From contig JAUYFS010000002.1 of assembly GCA_030689665.1 (NCBI GenBank), positions 1 to 40,756 of the forward strand: a stretch of 40,756 bases of DNA. The letters run 5' to 3'. This DNA comes from a bacterium. GTDB lineage: Bacteria; Patescibacteriota; Minisyncoccia; Minisyncoccales; JAUYFS01. Shown one piece after another: positions 10,501-18,425 of this stretch (positions are counted from its first letter, which is position 1; every line of letters begins with the position of its first letter). Position numbers and translations under genes: made by a program. The notes below the pieces were generated by a model, which made no database searches, had not been told where the DNA came from, and saw only the letters and a program-made list of their open reading frames with translations.

Positions 10501-10717
10501 CGGAAATATAATTCGGTTTTCCCAGCTTATAATCCAAAAACGACAATTCGTATTCTTTGCCGGCATAATCACGCATTGGCGAAAATTCTTTGAATAATTC
10601 TCTTAAAGTTTCATCCCAAAATCTTTTCCAGCTTTCTTTTTGATGGCTGATTAAATACGGGGTGGTAAAAGAATAAACTTTGGATTTTGAGAAATTTTTT
10701 ACCTTAATTGAATCCAT
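7514..10717 (-). CDS. rpoB: DNA-directed RNA polymerase subunit beta
   Basis: 1067 aa. Conserved segments include GRHGNKGVISKI, QRFGEMEVWALEGHGAA and FMDSENPLAEVEHKRTLT. Confidence 0.97.
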   Translation of the reverse strand: MDSIKVKNFSKSKVYSFTTPYLISHQKESWKRFWDETLRELFKEFSPMRDYAGKEYELSFLDYKLGKPNYISEIEAKSNDDSYEAPLKVKTKLTDLKTGKSKEQEVFLCDFPLMTEKATFIINGVERVIVSQLVRSPGCFFVAEKYGNKNFFGVRIIPNRGAWLEFDTDSAGVIWVKIDRKRKVTATTLLKAFGFKNEEIKNLFKDVDTNKEIKFIEKTLEKDPEQNELEALVGIYHKLRPGELVTPETAREFIENLFFNFSRYDLSRVGRWKIWLRLYPEKEVGKGKKVKISPEERILGKEDIVRSIREIIKLNNTPYSQPDEIDHLGNRRVKTISDLLENRLRIGLMRMERIIKDRMSTVDPQGITTSLLINPRTFGMVVKEFFTSSQLAQFMDSENPLAEVEHKRTLTSTGPGGLTRERAGFEVRDVQPSHYGRICPIQTPEGGNVGLVGHLATFAKINEMGFLETPYFKVEKGKVLQEIHYLSAYEEEKYIIVHAGVPLDDKMRIIPERVEARVKGEPREIEKEKVDYADVSSKLAISIATSLIPFLQNDDANRALMGSNMQRQAVPLINPDVPLVGTGVERNVARDSGLVAISGIDGNVVEIDSSRIKIKGGGNIEEHKLDNFIRTNQYTCLRQTPRVQKGQKIKKGDILTNGAAVVDGRLALGHNLLVAFMSWRGNNFEDAIVLSESLVKNDKFTSIHIEDFTCDVRETKLGPEITTPDIPNIGEERLKDLDEEGIIRIGAEVKPNDILVGKIAPKGETDLTPEERLLRAIFGEKAREIKDTSLLLPHGKKGRVIGIKVFSKETGHKLEPGTLKRIKIEIAQIRKIKAGDKLAGRHGNKGVISKILPDEEMPFLEDGTPVDIILNPISVASRMNLGQILETHLGYAAKKLNYIAISPSLLGANEADIKKELKEAGLPEDGKVTLYDGRTGEPFSERITVGYMYIMKLIHMVEDKIHARSIGPYSLITQQPLGGKTQFGGQRFGEMEVWALEGHGAAHILQEMLTYKSDDVPGRSAVYEAILKGEPIKGPGIPASFNLLVNELKAMGFSVQIERKESEETEE

Positions 10718-10740
10718 AAAAAGTAATTAATTTTTTAGAA

Positions 10741-10780
10741 CAAAACAAAAAACCCAAAAATAGCCCCCTTCTTTTGGGTT
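10741..10780 (-). terminator. Intrinsic terminator-like hairpin between gyrA and rpoB (possible attenuator)
   Basis: Minus strand reads AACCCAAAA-GAAGGGGGCTAT-TTTTGGGTT: a 9-bp stem and 12-nt loop, followed by TTTTGTTTTG. It lies downstream of the promoter-like site at 10859..10886 and 23 nt upstream of the rpoB ATG. Confidence 0.6.
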
Positions 10781-10858
10781 CACCTAAATTTATTTATTTA
10801 ATTTTTTACCATAGAAATAAAAAATCAAAGAAAACCAAACTTTTAACGATTAACTTAA

Positions 10859-10886
10859 ATTATAACTGAAAGAAAAAATTTGTCAA
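10859..10886 (-). promoter_or_regulatory. Consensus sigma70-type promoter upstream of rpoB
   Basis: Minus strand has TTGACA (10886..10881), a 16-nt spacer, then TATAAT (10864..10859). Both hexamers match consensus perfectly. Confidence 0.55.
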
Positions 10887-10910
10887 TAGATTTTTTCAAG
10901 GGGGTAAAAA

Positions 10911-13900
10911 CTAGATGCAGACAGCCGAGGCAATCTGGTCTCCCGCCTTAAATTTCATAACTCTCACACCCCTCGCCATTCTTCCTAAAATTGAAATTGA
11001 TTTCAGTTCTGTTTTTATGACTTGCCCCTTTTTGGAAATAATAACCAAATCTTCTTCATTTTCTAAAATTTTGGCAAAAACTATTTCCCCTGTTTTTTCG
11101 TTAACCTTTAATGTGATAACGCCGGAACCGCCGCGCGACTGAATTCTGTAATTGCTTAATTTAACTTTTTTCCCAGACCCATTGCTTGTCAAAATCAAAA
11201 GATTTTCTTTTTGAATTTTTTCCTTGACAATATCCTGAATCGCCACCACCTCGTCATTGGGCGCCAATTTTATTCCTCGAACCCCGGAAGAAACCCTTCC
11301 CATAGTCCTGATTTCTTTTTCTTTAAACCTTATTGACTTGCCTTTTTTGGTAATTATTATCAATTCATCTCCCTTTTCAACCCTTACAACCTGCTTTAAT
11401 AAATCGTCCTTAAGCAATTTTATCGCTTTGATTCCGGTTCTCCTTACATTTTCAAAATCAATTTGCGCCGTTTTTTTGACAATGCCCTTTTTGGTCACCA
11501 TTGCCAAAAAACTGTCTGTTTCGCTTCCTTTTTTAACAGGAATCAAAGAAAGGACTTTTTCTTCAGGGCTAATCTCCAAAAAATTCATCAAACCCCTGCC
11601 CTTTGAAATTCTGCTGCCCTCAGGAATTTCATAGATATTTGTTTTAAACGCTTTTCCCGAATCCGTGAAAACCAACAAACTGTCTCTGGCTGAAGCCAAA
11701 GCAAAATGTTCCACCATGTCTTCTTCGCTGGTTTTCAAGCCAATCATACCCTTTCCGCCTCTTTTTTGAACTTTGTAGGTAGAAGGATTTATTCTTTTTA
11801 TGTAGCCGTCTTTGGTAAGAATAATAATCGTTTCTTCGTCAGGAATTAATTCCTCATCGCTTATTTCCCCGGCTTTTTGGCTTACAACTTTTGTTCTTCT
11901 CGGGCCGCCGTATTTTTCTTTTATTTCAAAAAGTTCGTCTTTCACCACTTTGTATATTTTTTTCTCGTTCTTCAAAATCTCCGTCCATTCTTTTATTTGT
12001 TTTAATTTCAATTCCAGCTCTTCCTTTATTTTTTCCCTTTCCAAGCGCGCCAAGCTCTGAAGTTTCATTTCCAAAATCGCATTGGATTGAATTTCGGTCA
12101 GTTTAAATTGTTTCATTAAATTAATCTTGGCATCGTCCCTGCTTTTTGACGCTTTTATGGTTTTGATAATCGCGTCTATTTTATTTAAGGCCTTGTCCAA
12201 ACCCTCTAAAATATGAACTCTTTCTTTGGCTTTGTTTAATTCATATTGAATTCTTCTGGTTATAACTTCCTTCCTGTGAGAAATAAAAAATGAAAGCGCT
12301 TCTTTTAAAGACAAAACCCTCGGCTGGATTCCATCAACCAAAGCCAGCAAATTAAGGTGAAAATTTTTCTGAAGGTCAGTGTATTTGTAAAAACTGTTTA
12401 AAATTCTTTGGGGCAATGCCTCTGGTTTCAATTCAATCATTATTCTCATTCCGTCTTTATCTGATTCGTCTCTTATGTCTTTTATTCCTTGCAGTTTTTT
12501 GTTTTCAACCAATTTTGCCATTTGCTCCAACAAACCGCTTTTTTCCACTTGAAAAGGAATTTCGGAAATTATAATTTGCTGGCGTCCTGTTTTCGTTTCT
12601 TCTACTTCCGCCTTTCCTCTCATTAATATCGGACCCTTGCCCTGAGAAAACGCTTTGATGATTTCTTTTTTATCAAAAATAAACCCGCCTGTCGGAAAAT
12701 CAGGACCTTGAACGAATTTAAATAAATCTTCGGTAGTGGCTTCCGGATTATCAATTAGAAAAGAAGTGGCGTCAACCAATTCGCTCAAATTATGGGGCGG
12801 AATATTGGTCGCCATTCCAACGGCAATTCCAGTAGCGCCGTTCAAAAGAAGCCCGGGAACAGCGGCAGGCAAAACAATCGGCTCTTTTCTTGTAGCGTCA
12901 TAATTGTCCCTAAAATCAACTGTTTCTTTCGCTATGTCTTTTAAAAGTTCTTCGCCAACCTTGGAAAGTTTTGCTTCGGTATAACGCTGCGCTGCCGGAG
13001 GGTCTCCGTCAATTGAATTATGCGCGAAAATACCAGCGCTTAAAGCAAAATTATGAGTGCCTTCTATTGTTAAATCATAAACATCTGCCGATTCCCCTAA
13101 AAATTCTTTTCTTGAAACTTTGTGGTTTCCATTAATGCTGCACAATAAATAATTAATGTCATTATTATAATATTTTTTAATTCCTAGGTCCCAACCGGTA
13201 AAACTCTTTATTTTAAAAATTGCCTTCCTGATATTTTCATAATTTTCTTTATCCAAAGACAAATTATTATCCTTTAAATAGTGGCATATCTTTTCAAACT
13301 TCTTTCTGCCCGTTAAATTTGTCTCTCTTTTCTTATTTGAATTAACTATCTTTTCGTGAAAAAACTGTTTATATTCAGGAATCCCCCAAAGCCTTTTTAG
13401 GGTAGCCGACGCTCGCTTGCTTATTTCTTTTATCTTTTCTGGATGTAATTCCAAATATCTTTTTGTGCTTTCCCTCAACATCTCAACCATTTTCTCCCTG
13501 TATTCCTGCTTTTCCCAATTTTTACGGTTCCTTAACGACAATCTTTCGGCATAGGATTTCCTATTTTTTAAATCCTCCCAAAACAGTTTTCTTCCCAATG
13601 CAAGCTTTTCTCTATATTCTTTGTCTGTCTTGTGTTTTTCGGATATAAAATTGTAATGGGTTTGCCAATGTTCTTTCCAATCCATTCTAGCTATATTTTC
13701 TGGATTATTGTTTAGTTTATTAAAATCCAGATGATGCCTTATCCTGCCCTTTTTTCTTTCATAAACTTTGTTTAATATATTATATTCATCTGATAAAATG
13801 TGGATAAAATCCCAAAGATTTGAAGACTGTTGAAAAACCATGGTATAACCATTCATATTGGGATCATCTTCCCTGGTTGAACTTCTAAAATAGCAGGGCA

Positions 13901-14555
13901 TTAACGAATCTCCTTTTTCCAGATTTTTTGCCTCTCTGTATTCCCCGTTCTTTAACATGAATTTATGATCCAGCGTACATTTAATTTCCTCACCATTGTC
14001 CAAAACTATTTTCATTATTTCCGCATACTTTGTTTTCCTTGGATATTTTATTTCCGCAATTTTAATTTTTCCGTCGCTATCAACAGTAAAAGTATAATTT
14101 TTCTTGCCTTGTTTATGTTCTTCTATCAGCTCTAAAAAAGACGCGTCTCTTCCGTCGGTTAGTTTAACCTTAGTTTCACCCGTAAAACAACCAAAATTTC
14201 CTTGGCCAATAATCAAAGGATATCTCATTGAAAAATCCTGCGCCATTCTAACCAATGCTTCATAAACAGACGCGTCCCCGTGAGGATGATACTTTCCCAA
14301 AACATCACCGGTAACAGCCGCTGATTTTCTGAATTTAGCGGACGAAGCCAAGCCCATATCGTGCATCGCGAAAAGAATTCTTCTGTGAACCGGTTTTAGC
14401 CCGTCTCTGACATCAGGCAAGGCGCGGGAAACGATAACGCTCATCGCGTAATCCAAGTAAGAATCTTTCATCTCTTTCACGATTTCAACTTGCTGGATTT
14501 GAGAATCTATATTTTGTTTGATATTTTTTATATCCTCTTCTTTTTCTTTTGGCAT
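10911..14555 (-). CDS. gyrA: DNA gyrase subunit A, interrupted by an in-frame intein (exteins about 823 aa)
   Basis: 1214 aa. N-extein reads ...GKYHPHGDASVYEALVRMAQDFSMRYPLIIGQGNFG. C-extein reads SIDGDPPAAQRYTEAKL... with the catalytic Tyr in QRYTE. C-terminal beta-pinwheel repeats are present. Confidence 0.95.
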   Translation of the reverse strand: MPKEKEEDIKNIKQNIDSQIQQVEIVKEMKDSYLDYAMSVIVSRALPDVRDGLKPVHRRILFAMHDMGLASSAKFRKSAAVTGDVLGKYHPHGDASVYEALVRMAQDFSMRYPLIIGQGNFGCFTGETKVKLTDGRDASFLELIEEHKQGKKNYTFTVDSDGKIKIAEIKYPRKTKYAEIMKIVLDNGEEIKCTLDHKFMLKNGEYREAKNLEKGDSLMPCYFRSSTREDDPNMNGYTMVFQQSSNLWDFIHILSDEYNILNKVYERKKGRIRHHLDFNKLNNNPENIARMDWKEHWQTHYNFISEKHKTDKEYREKLALGRKLFWEDLKNRKSYAERLSLRNRKNWEKQEYREKMVEMLRESTKRYLELHPEKIKEISKRASATLKRLWGIPEYKQFFHEKIVNSNKKRETNLTGRKKFEKICHYLKDNNLSLDKENYENIRKAIFKIKSFTGWDLGIKKYYNNDINYLLCSINGNHKVSRKEFLGESADVYDLTIEGTHNFALSAGIFAHNSIDGDPPAAQRYTEAKLSKVGEELLKDIAKETVDFRDNYDATRKEPIVLPAAVPGLLLNGATGIAVGMATNIPPHNLSELVDATSFLIDNPEATTEDLFKFVQGPDFPTGGFIFDKKEIIKAFSQGKGPILMRGKAEVEETKTGRQQIIISEIPFQVEKSGLLEQMAKLVENKKLQGIKDIRDESDKDGMRIMIELKPEALPQRILNSFYKYTDLQKNFHLNLLALVDGIQPRVLSLKEALSFFISHRKEVITRRIQYELNKAKERVHILEGLDKALNKIDAIIKTIKASKSRDDAKINLMKQFKLTEIQSNAILEMKLQSLARLEREKIKEELELKLKQIKEWTEILKNEKKIYKVVKDELFEIKEKYGGPRRTKVVSQKAGEISDEELIPDEETIIILTKDGYIKRINPSTYKVQKRGGKGMIGLKTSEEDMVEHFALASARDSLLVFTDSGKAFKTNIYEIPEGSRISKGRGLMNFLEISPEEKVLSLIPVKKGSETDSFLAMVTKKGIVKKTAQIDFENVRRTGIKAIKLLKDDLLKQVVRVEKGDELIIITKKGKSIRFKEKEIRTMGRVSSGVRGIKLAPNDEVVAIQDIVKEKIQKENLLILTSNGSGKKVKLSNYRIQSRGGSGVITLKVNEKTGEIVFAKILENEEDLVIISKKGQVIKTELKSISILGRMARGVRVMKFKAGDQIASAVCI
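13017..14189 (-). mobile_element. GyrA intein (391 aa) with an HNH-type homing endonuclease insert
   Basis: Starts with Cys (CFTGETKVKL, TGT at 14189..14187). Block B is CTLDHKF. C-terminal blocks are VYDLTIEGTHNFALSAGIFAHN, with the Asn codon at 13019..13017 followed by Ser+1. The central HNH signature is IRHHLDFNKLNNNPENIARMDWKEHWQTH. No LAGLIDADG motifs were seen. Confidence 0.87.
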
Positions 14556-14560
14556 ATTTA

Positions 14561-15217
14561 TTATTTAGATTCTAAAACAACTATTTCCATTTCTTTGGCT
14601 TCCAAATCTTTCTTTTTTATGGTTAATTTCTTTTCCGAAACAATGTCTTCCTGTCCCGCTTCTTTCAAAAATTCTTTAACCCCTTTCAAATCAATTTTCA
14701 ATTCCGGAGTTTTATAATGCATTGGAATTATTATTTTGGGGTTTATTTCTTGAACAACTTTCCAGGCCTCGGCAGGACCCAGGGTAAAATTGCCGCCAAC
14801 CGGAACCATTAAAACATCCGGCTCGCCTATTTTTTCTTCTTGATAAGAATTCAAGGTTCTTTGGCAAAAATCAGAAAGATGGCAAATTTTTAAATCTTCC
14901 GCTTCTATTTTATAAATCGTGACCGCTCCCCTTTCTTTTCCCTCCTGTTCATCGTGGAAAGCGGAAATTCCTTCAATATAAATTCCCTTAACTTCAAACT
15001 CTCCGGGGGAATCAATCAAAAAATAATCTCCTTTTACCGCTGATTTATTGTTGTGGTCAAAATGGTCGTGGGAAATTAAAAGAATATCTGCTTCAACTTT
15101 TGGCATTTTTAAACCGGTTTTTTCATCAAAGGGGTCTATTAAAATTTTAATAGGGCCGTTTTTCTCGGTCTGAACATTTATTAAGAAACAAGAATGGCCC
15201 AACCAATTTATTTGCAT
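14561..15217 (-). CDS. Metallo-beta-lactamase-fold metal-dependent hydrolase (UPF0173-like)
   Basis: 218 aa, MQINWLGHSCFLI...ISHDHFDHN (HxHxDH-type motif). The stop lies 5 nt before the gyrA start. Confidence 0.85.
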   Translation of the reverse strand: MQINWLGHSCFLINVQTEKNGPIKILIDPFDEKTGLKMPKVEADILLISHDHFDHNNKSAVKGDYFLIDSPGEFEVKGIYIEGISAFHDEQEGKERGAVTIYKIEAEDLKICHLSDFCQRTLNSYQEEKIGEPDVLMVPVGGNFTLGPAEAWKVVQEINPKIIIPMHYKTPELKIDLKGVKEFLKEAGQEDIVSEKKLTIKKKDLEAKEMEIVVLESK

Positions 15218-15225
15218 GATTTTTT

Positions 15226-15270
15226 ACCCTGTTAAATAATTTCGCTGAAAGCGAAATTATTTAACAGGGT
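15226..15270 (-). promoter_or_regulatory. Perfect 20-bp hairpin ending 8 nt upstream of the MBL-hydrolase start codon
   Basis: Minus strand reads ACCCTGTTAAATAATTTCGC-TTTCA-GCGAAATTATTTAACAGGGT, followed by AAAAAATC and ATG. There is no U-tract on either strand. Its ends (AAATTCACCCT ... AGGGTAAAAAA) match the hairpins at 7390..7504 and 35916..36025. Confidence 0.55.
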
Positions 15271-15313
15271 GAATTTAAATTACCCCACAAGAAATGGAGC
15301 AAGGTTTAATTTA

Positions 15314-16264
15314 TTATACACTATTTTCTAAAAATTTATAAATAGACAAAGTTGCCGACGCTCCCTGCCCAGCGGCAATGATTATCTGTTTAAAAGGAAA
15401 ATCAATAACATCACCTGCCGCAAACAAACCAGGTGTTTTCGTCTGAAAATTTGATAAATCAACTTTTATTTCTCCCCTTTCATTATAATCAGCCAAATCA
15501 CCGACAAAAAAACTTGTCGGGATATAGCCAATTTCCACAAAAATGCCGTCAATTTCTATTTCTTCCAATTCTTTTTTCAGTTTGTTTTCAAAAACAATTG
15601 ATTTCACAAATTTTCCGCCCGCTTCGCCAAATCGAGGCGAGCCCTTGATTTCTTTAATTTCAGAATTGATTATGGTTATAACGCCTTTTTCTTTTGCCTG
15701 TTCTTGAACCGATTCATCTGCCCTTGGTTTATCACTGCCTTCAAAAACATAAACCTTTGAGCAATAGCTAACAAGCCATAAAGCAGCGCTAAAACCGGAA
15801 TTTCCTCCGCCAATCACTCCGACTTTTTTATTTTTAAAAAGAGGGCCATCGCAAGTGACGCAATAAGAAACGCCTTTGCCCAAAAATTCTTTTTCTCCTT
15901 TGACATTTAAAATTCTTGGCTTGCTGCCAGAGGCGATTAAAACTGCTTTTGATTTAAAAATTTCCTTTTCGTTGTCAGTTAATTCAAAACCGCCATTTTT
16001 CTTTTCAATTTTGGTTATTTCTCTTTCTAGCGGTTTTATTTGAAATTTTTTAAGATGTTCAAAAAATTTTTCTACCAGCTCTGATCCGGATATTTCCAAA
16101 AATCCCGGATAATTTTCAATTAAAATCGCCCTGCTTGCCAAACCTCCCTTTTCAGAACCAATTAGTAAAAAATCCATGTTTTTTCTGAAAGCGTAAATCG
16201 CGGCTGATATTCCAGCCGGTCCTGTACCAACAATAATTAAATCATACACTTTTTGGTTTTCCAT
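15314..16264 (-). CDS. trxB: Thioredoxin-disulfide reductase
   Basis: FAD motif DLIIVGTGPAGISAAIY, redox-active CVTC, NADPH motif GVIGGGNSG, and C-terminal GLFAAGDV. I place the start at Met18 of the tracked ORF (MENQKVYDLIIVG, ATG at 16264). The tracked extension to 16315 runs through a repeat motif cluster. Confidence 0.9.
   Translation of the reverse strand: MENQKVYDLIIVGTGPAGISAAIYAFRKNMDFLLIGSEKGGLASRAILIENYPGFLEISGSELVEKFFEHLKKFQIKPLEREITKIEKKNGGFELTDNEKEIFKSKAVLIASGSKPRILNVKGEKEFLGKGVSYCVTCDGPLFKNKKVGVIGGGNSGFSAALWLVSYCSKVYVFEGSDKPRADESVQEQAKEKGVITIINSEIKEIKGSPRFGEAGGKFVKSIVFENKLKKELEEIEIDGIFVEIGYIPTSFFVGDLADYNERGEIKVDLSNFQTKTPGLFAAGDVIDFPFKQIIIAAGQGASATLSIYKFLENSV
15615..15644 (-). 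repeat. GC-rich hairpin element copy inside trxB, encoding SPRFGEAGG
   Basis: Plus strand ccgcccgcttcgccaaatcgaggcgagccc shares 13 + 15 identical nt with the rpoC unit at 6797..6829. It is read in a different frame: TCG CCT CGA TTT GGC GAA GCG in trxB versus CGC CTC GAT TCG CGG GCG AAG in rpoC. Confidence 0.7.
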
Positions 16265-16300
16265 ATTTTTAAAAATCATAAAATTTTGACTTTTGACTTT

Positions 16301-16334
16301 TGTTTCATGCTTCATGTTTTATGTTTCATGTTTT
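16301..16334 (-). promoter_or_regulatory. Cluster of CATGAAAC / CATGAAGC octamers upstream of trxB
   Basis: Minus strand reads AAACATGAAACATAAAACATGAAGCATGAAACA, overlapping the galU stop. A similar cluster lies upstream of prfB at 30273..30303. Confidence 0.3.
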
Positions 16335-17182
16335 AGCATTTTTTCAGTGATAAAAAAATTTGACCTTAACCAATCTTCTTTGGTTCCACATTCAAGCCAG
16401 ATACCATCAAATTCGCACCCAAAAACCTTATTTTTGTCCTTAATCATATTTTTAAGAGCACCCGCTATTCTGATTTCATCGCCCTGTTTCTCATCAATTC
16501 TTTGTAAATAATCCAAAACCTTTGAAGTAAGAATATATTTTCCAATAATAGCCAAATTTGAAGGCGCATCCGTTAGTTTTGGTTTTTCAACAACACCTTT
16601 TATTAAATAAATTTTGTTTCCGACTTTTTCTCCCTTAACTATTCCATAAGAAGAAATCTTTTCTCTCCTAACCCTTGATAAACCGAACACCGGCTTTTTT
16701 TTCTTTTGAAAAACATTTATCAATTGTTTTAATCCCGGCTCTTTTTTTGAATAAATAATGTCATCACAAAATAAAACGGCAATTGGCTCGTCCTTTTTTA
16801 ATAAACTTCTCGCCTTTAAAACAGCGTCTCCGTCGCCGCGCGGAATTTCTTGATAAACATAAGAAATGGTTATTTTCTTAAGAATTCTTTTTAAACGGCA
16901 ATAATCTTCCAGCAGTTTTTTGTTATTTTTAGATTTTAATTTTTCTATTGCTGTTTCGTCGTTTTGAAAATAACTGATGTAATTAACCAACTGCTGTTTA
17001 TCAGGGTTTAAAACAAAAATTATCTCTTCAATTCCGCTTAGAAACACCTCTTCAACAATATACTCAATCATCGGCCTGTCTCCCAAGGGAAAAAATTCTT
17101 TGGAAACAAGCCGAGAATATGGTAAAAATCTCGTTCCAGAACCAGCAGCTAAAATTACCGCCTTTTTAATTTGAAAAGCCAT
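16319..17182 (-). CDS. galU: UTP--glucose-1-phosphate uridylyltransferase
   Basis: 287 aa. N-terminal KAVILAAGSGTRFLPYSRLVSKEFFPL nucleotidyl-transferase motif. GalU-like length and layout. Confidence 0.88.
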   Translation of the reverse strand: MAFQIKKAVILAAGSGTRFLPYSRLVSKEFFPLGDRPMIEYIVEEVFLSGIEEIIFVLNPDKQQLVNYISYFQNDETAIEKLKSKNNKKLLEDYCRLKRILKKITISYVYQEIPRGDGDAVLKARSLLKKDEPIAVLFCDDIIYSKKEPGLKQLINVFQKKKKPVFGLSRVRREKISSYGIVKGEKVGNKIYLIKGVVEKPKLTDAPSNLAIIGKYILTSKVLDYLQRIDEKQGDEIRIAGALKNMIKDKNKVFGCEFDGIWLECGTKEDWLRSNFFITEKMLKHET

Positions 17183-17183
17183 T

Positions 17184-18425
17184 TTATTTTAGTTTTTTTC
17201 TTAAAAAAGTGGGGATTTCCAACTCATCGTCAAATAAAAGAAACTTTTTCTTTTCTTTTTCTTCTTCCTTTTTTACCTCTATGGGACTTTTTCTTATGGT
17301 TTTTGTTTTTTTCCTTCCTGCTGTCAGGTATGACTTTTTTGGTTCTTGAACAAAAATATTATCTTTTTTCTTTTTTCCCTCAATTTTCCTATCTTTTTTT
17401 TGAGCCGGTTTTTTGCCCTTTTTTGCTGTTTTCTTTGTTTTTTTGCCGGTTTTTTTCTTTTCTTTTTCTTCAAATTTCCCGCCGCAACCTGTAGCTAAAA
17501 GCGTTATTTTAATTTTGTTGTCTTTTTTGTTCCTTAAATTCAAACCAAAAATAATTTTTGCCTGCAGGTTTTGTTTCGTTATTTCTTTGCTTAGCAAATA
17601 CGCTTTTTGCATTGGAGTTTTCTCAGACATTTCTATATTCAGCAAAATTCTCTTCGCCTCGTCCGCATTGTAATCGTATAAAGGATTATTTGTTATTTCC
17701 GCTGTTATTTCTTCAACTGGCTTGGAAATTAAAAATTCTTTTGTCTGAAAATAAGCCAAGTTATCCTGCTTTTTTAAAATGGTTTTTAAATCGGCGAAAT
17801 CCAAGTTTATCAAACCAGTGTTGTAAATCAAATTTATCAAACTGGAAATATTGTCTATCAATAAATTATTAACCATATTAAGGGCTTTGTAAAAAGAGGT
17901 TTTGGGGTCAATTATTTTCAAGATTTTTTCGTTGGAAATAACAGCTAAAGCGTCTGTTTCTTTTTGTATTTTTTTAATGGCGTTATTGGTAATTTTTCTT
18001 TTTTGCGAGCCCTCAAACCTAAAAGGTGTTGTTGCTATCGTCAAAGTCAAAATTTTCATTTCTTTGGCTGTTTCTAAAAAAATCGGCAACGCTCCGGAAC
18101 CGGTTCCGCCGCCCAAACAAGCGATGAAAATACAAAAATCAGTATTTTTCAGGATTTTTGAGAATTTTTCTTTGGCTTCAATCGCCGCTCGCTCTCCGAT
18201 TTCCGGGTTCATTCCCGTTCCCAAACCGAAAGTGATGTTTTCCCCGAAAACAAACGGCTTGATTTTTCCGCCCAATTTTTCCAAAGAACGGCTGTCGGTA
18301 TTAACAGCCAAAAATTCAATTTTATCCAGTTTTGGAGCAACGCTTTTCAAAACCGTAACCCCTCCGCCGCCAATTCCAATGACTTTTATTTTCACTTTTT
18401 TAAAAATTCCTTTGTTTTTATCCAC
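17184..18425 (-). CDS. ftsZ: Cell division GTPase FtsZ with a long Lys-rich linker
   Basis: 413 aa. Contains GIGGGGVTV, the tubulin signature GGGTGSGALP, and the C-terminal peptide DDELEIPTFLRKK. The tracked start is a GTG codon, so the start position is less certain. Confidence 0.92.
   Translation of the reverse strand: MDKNKGIFKKVKIKVIGIGGGGVTVLKSVAPKLDKIEFLAVNTDSRSLEKLGGKIKPFVFGENITFGLGTGMNPEIGERAAIEAKEKFSKILKNTDFCIFIACLGGGTGSGALPIFLETAKEMKILTLTIATTPFRFEGSQKRKITNNAIKKIQKETDALAVISNEKILKIIDPKTSFYKALNMVNNLLIDNISSLINLIYNTGLINLDFADLKTILKKQDNLAYFQTKEFLISKPVEEITAEITNNPLYDYNADEAKRILLNIEMSEKTPMQKAYLLSKEITKQNLQAKIIFGLNLRNKKDNKIKITLLATGCGGKFEEKEKKKTGKKTKKTAKKGKKPAQKKDRKIEGKKKKDNIFVQEPKKSYLTAGRKKTKTIRKSPIEVKKEEEKEKKKFLLFDDELEIPTFLRKKLK

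Noticed and set aside
16265-16315. N-terminal extension MKHETKVKSQNFMIFKN of trxB
   Set aside because: It is generated by the CATGAAAC repeat cluster and the tandem TTTTGAC motif. The Rossmann GxGxxG fold starts right after the internal Met at 16264.
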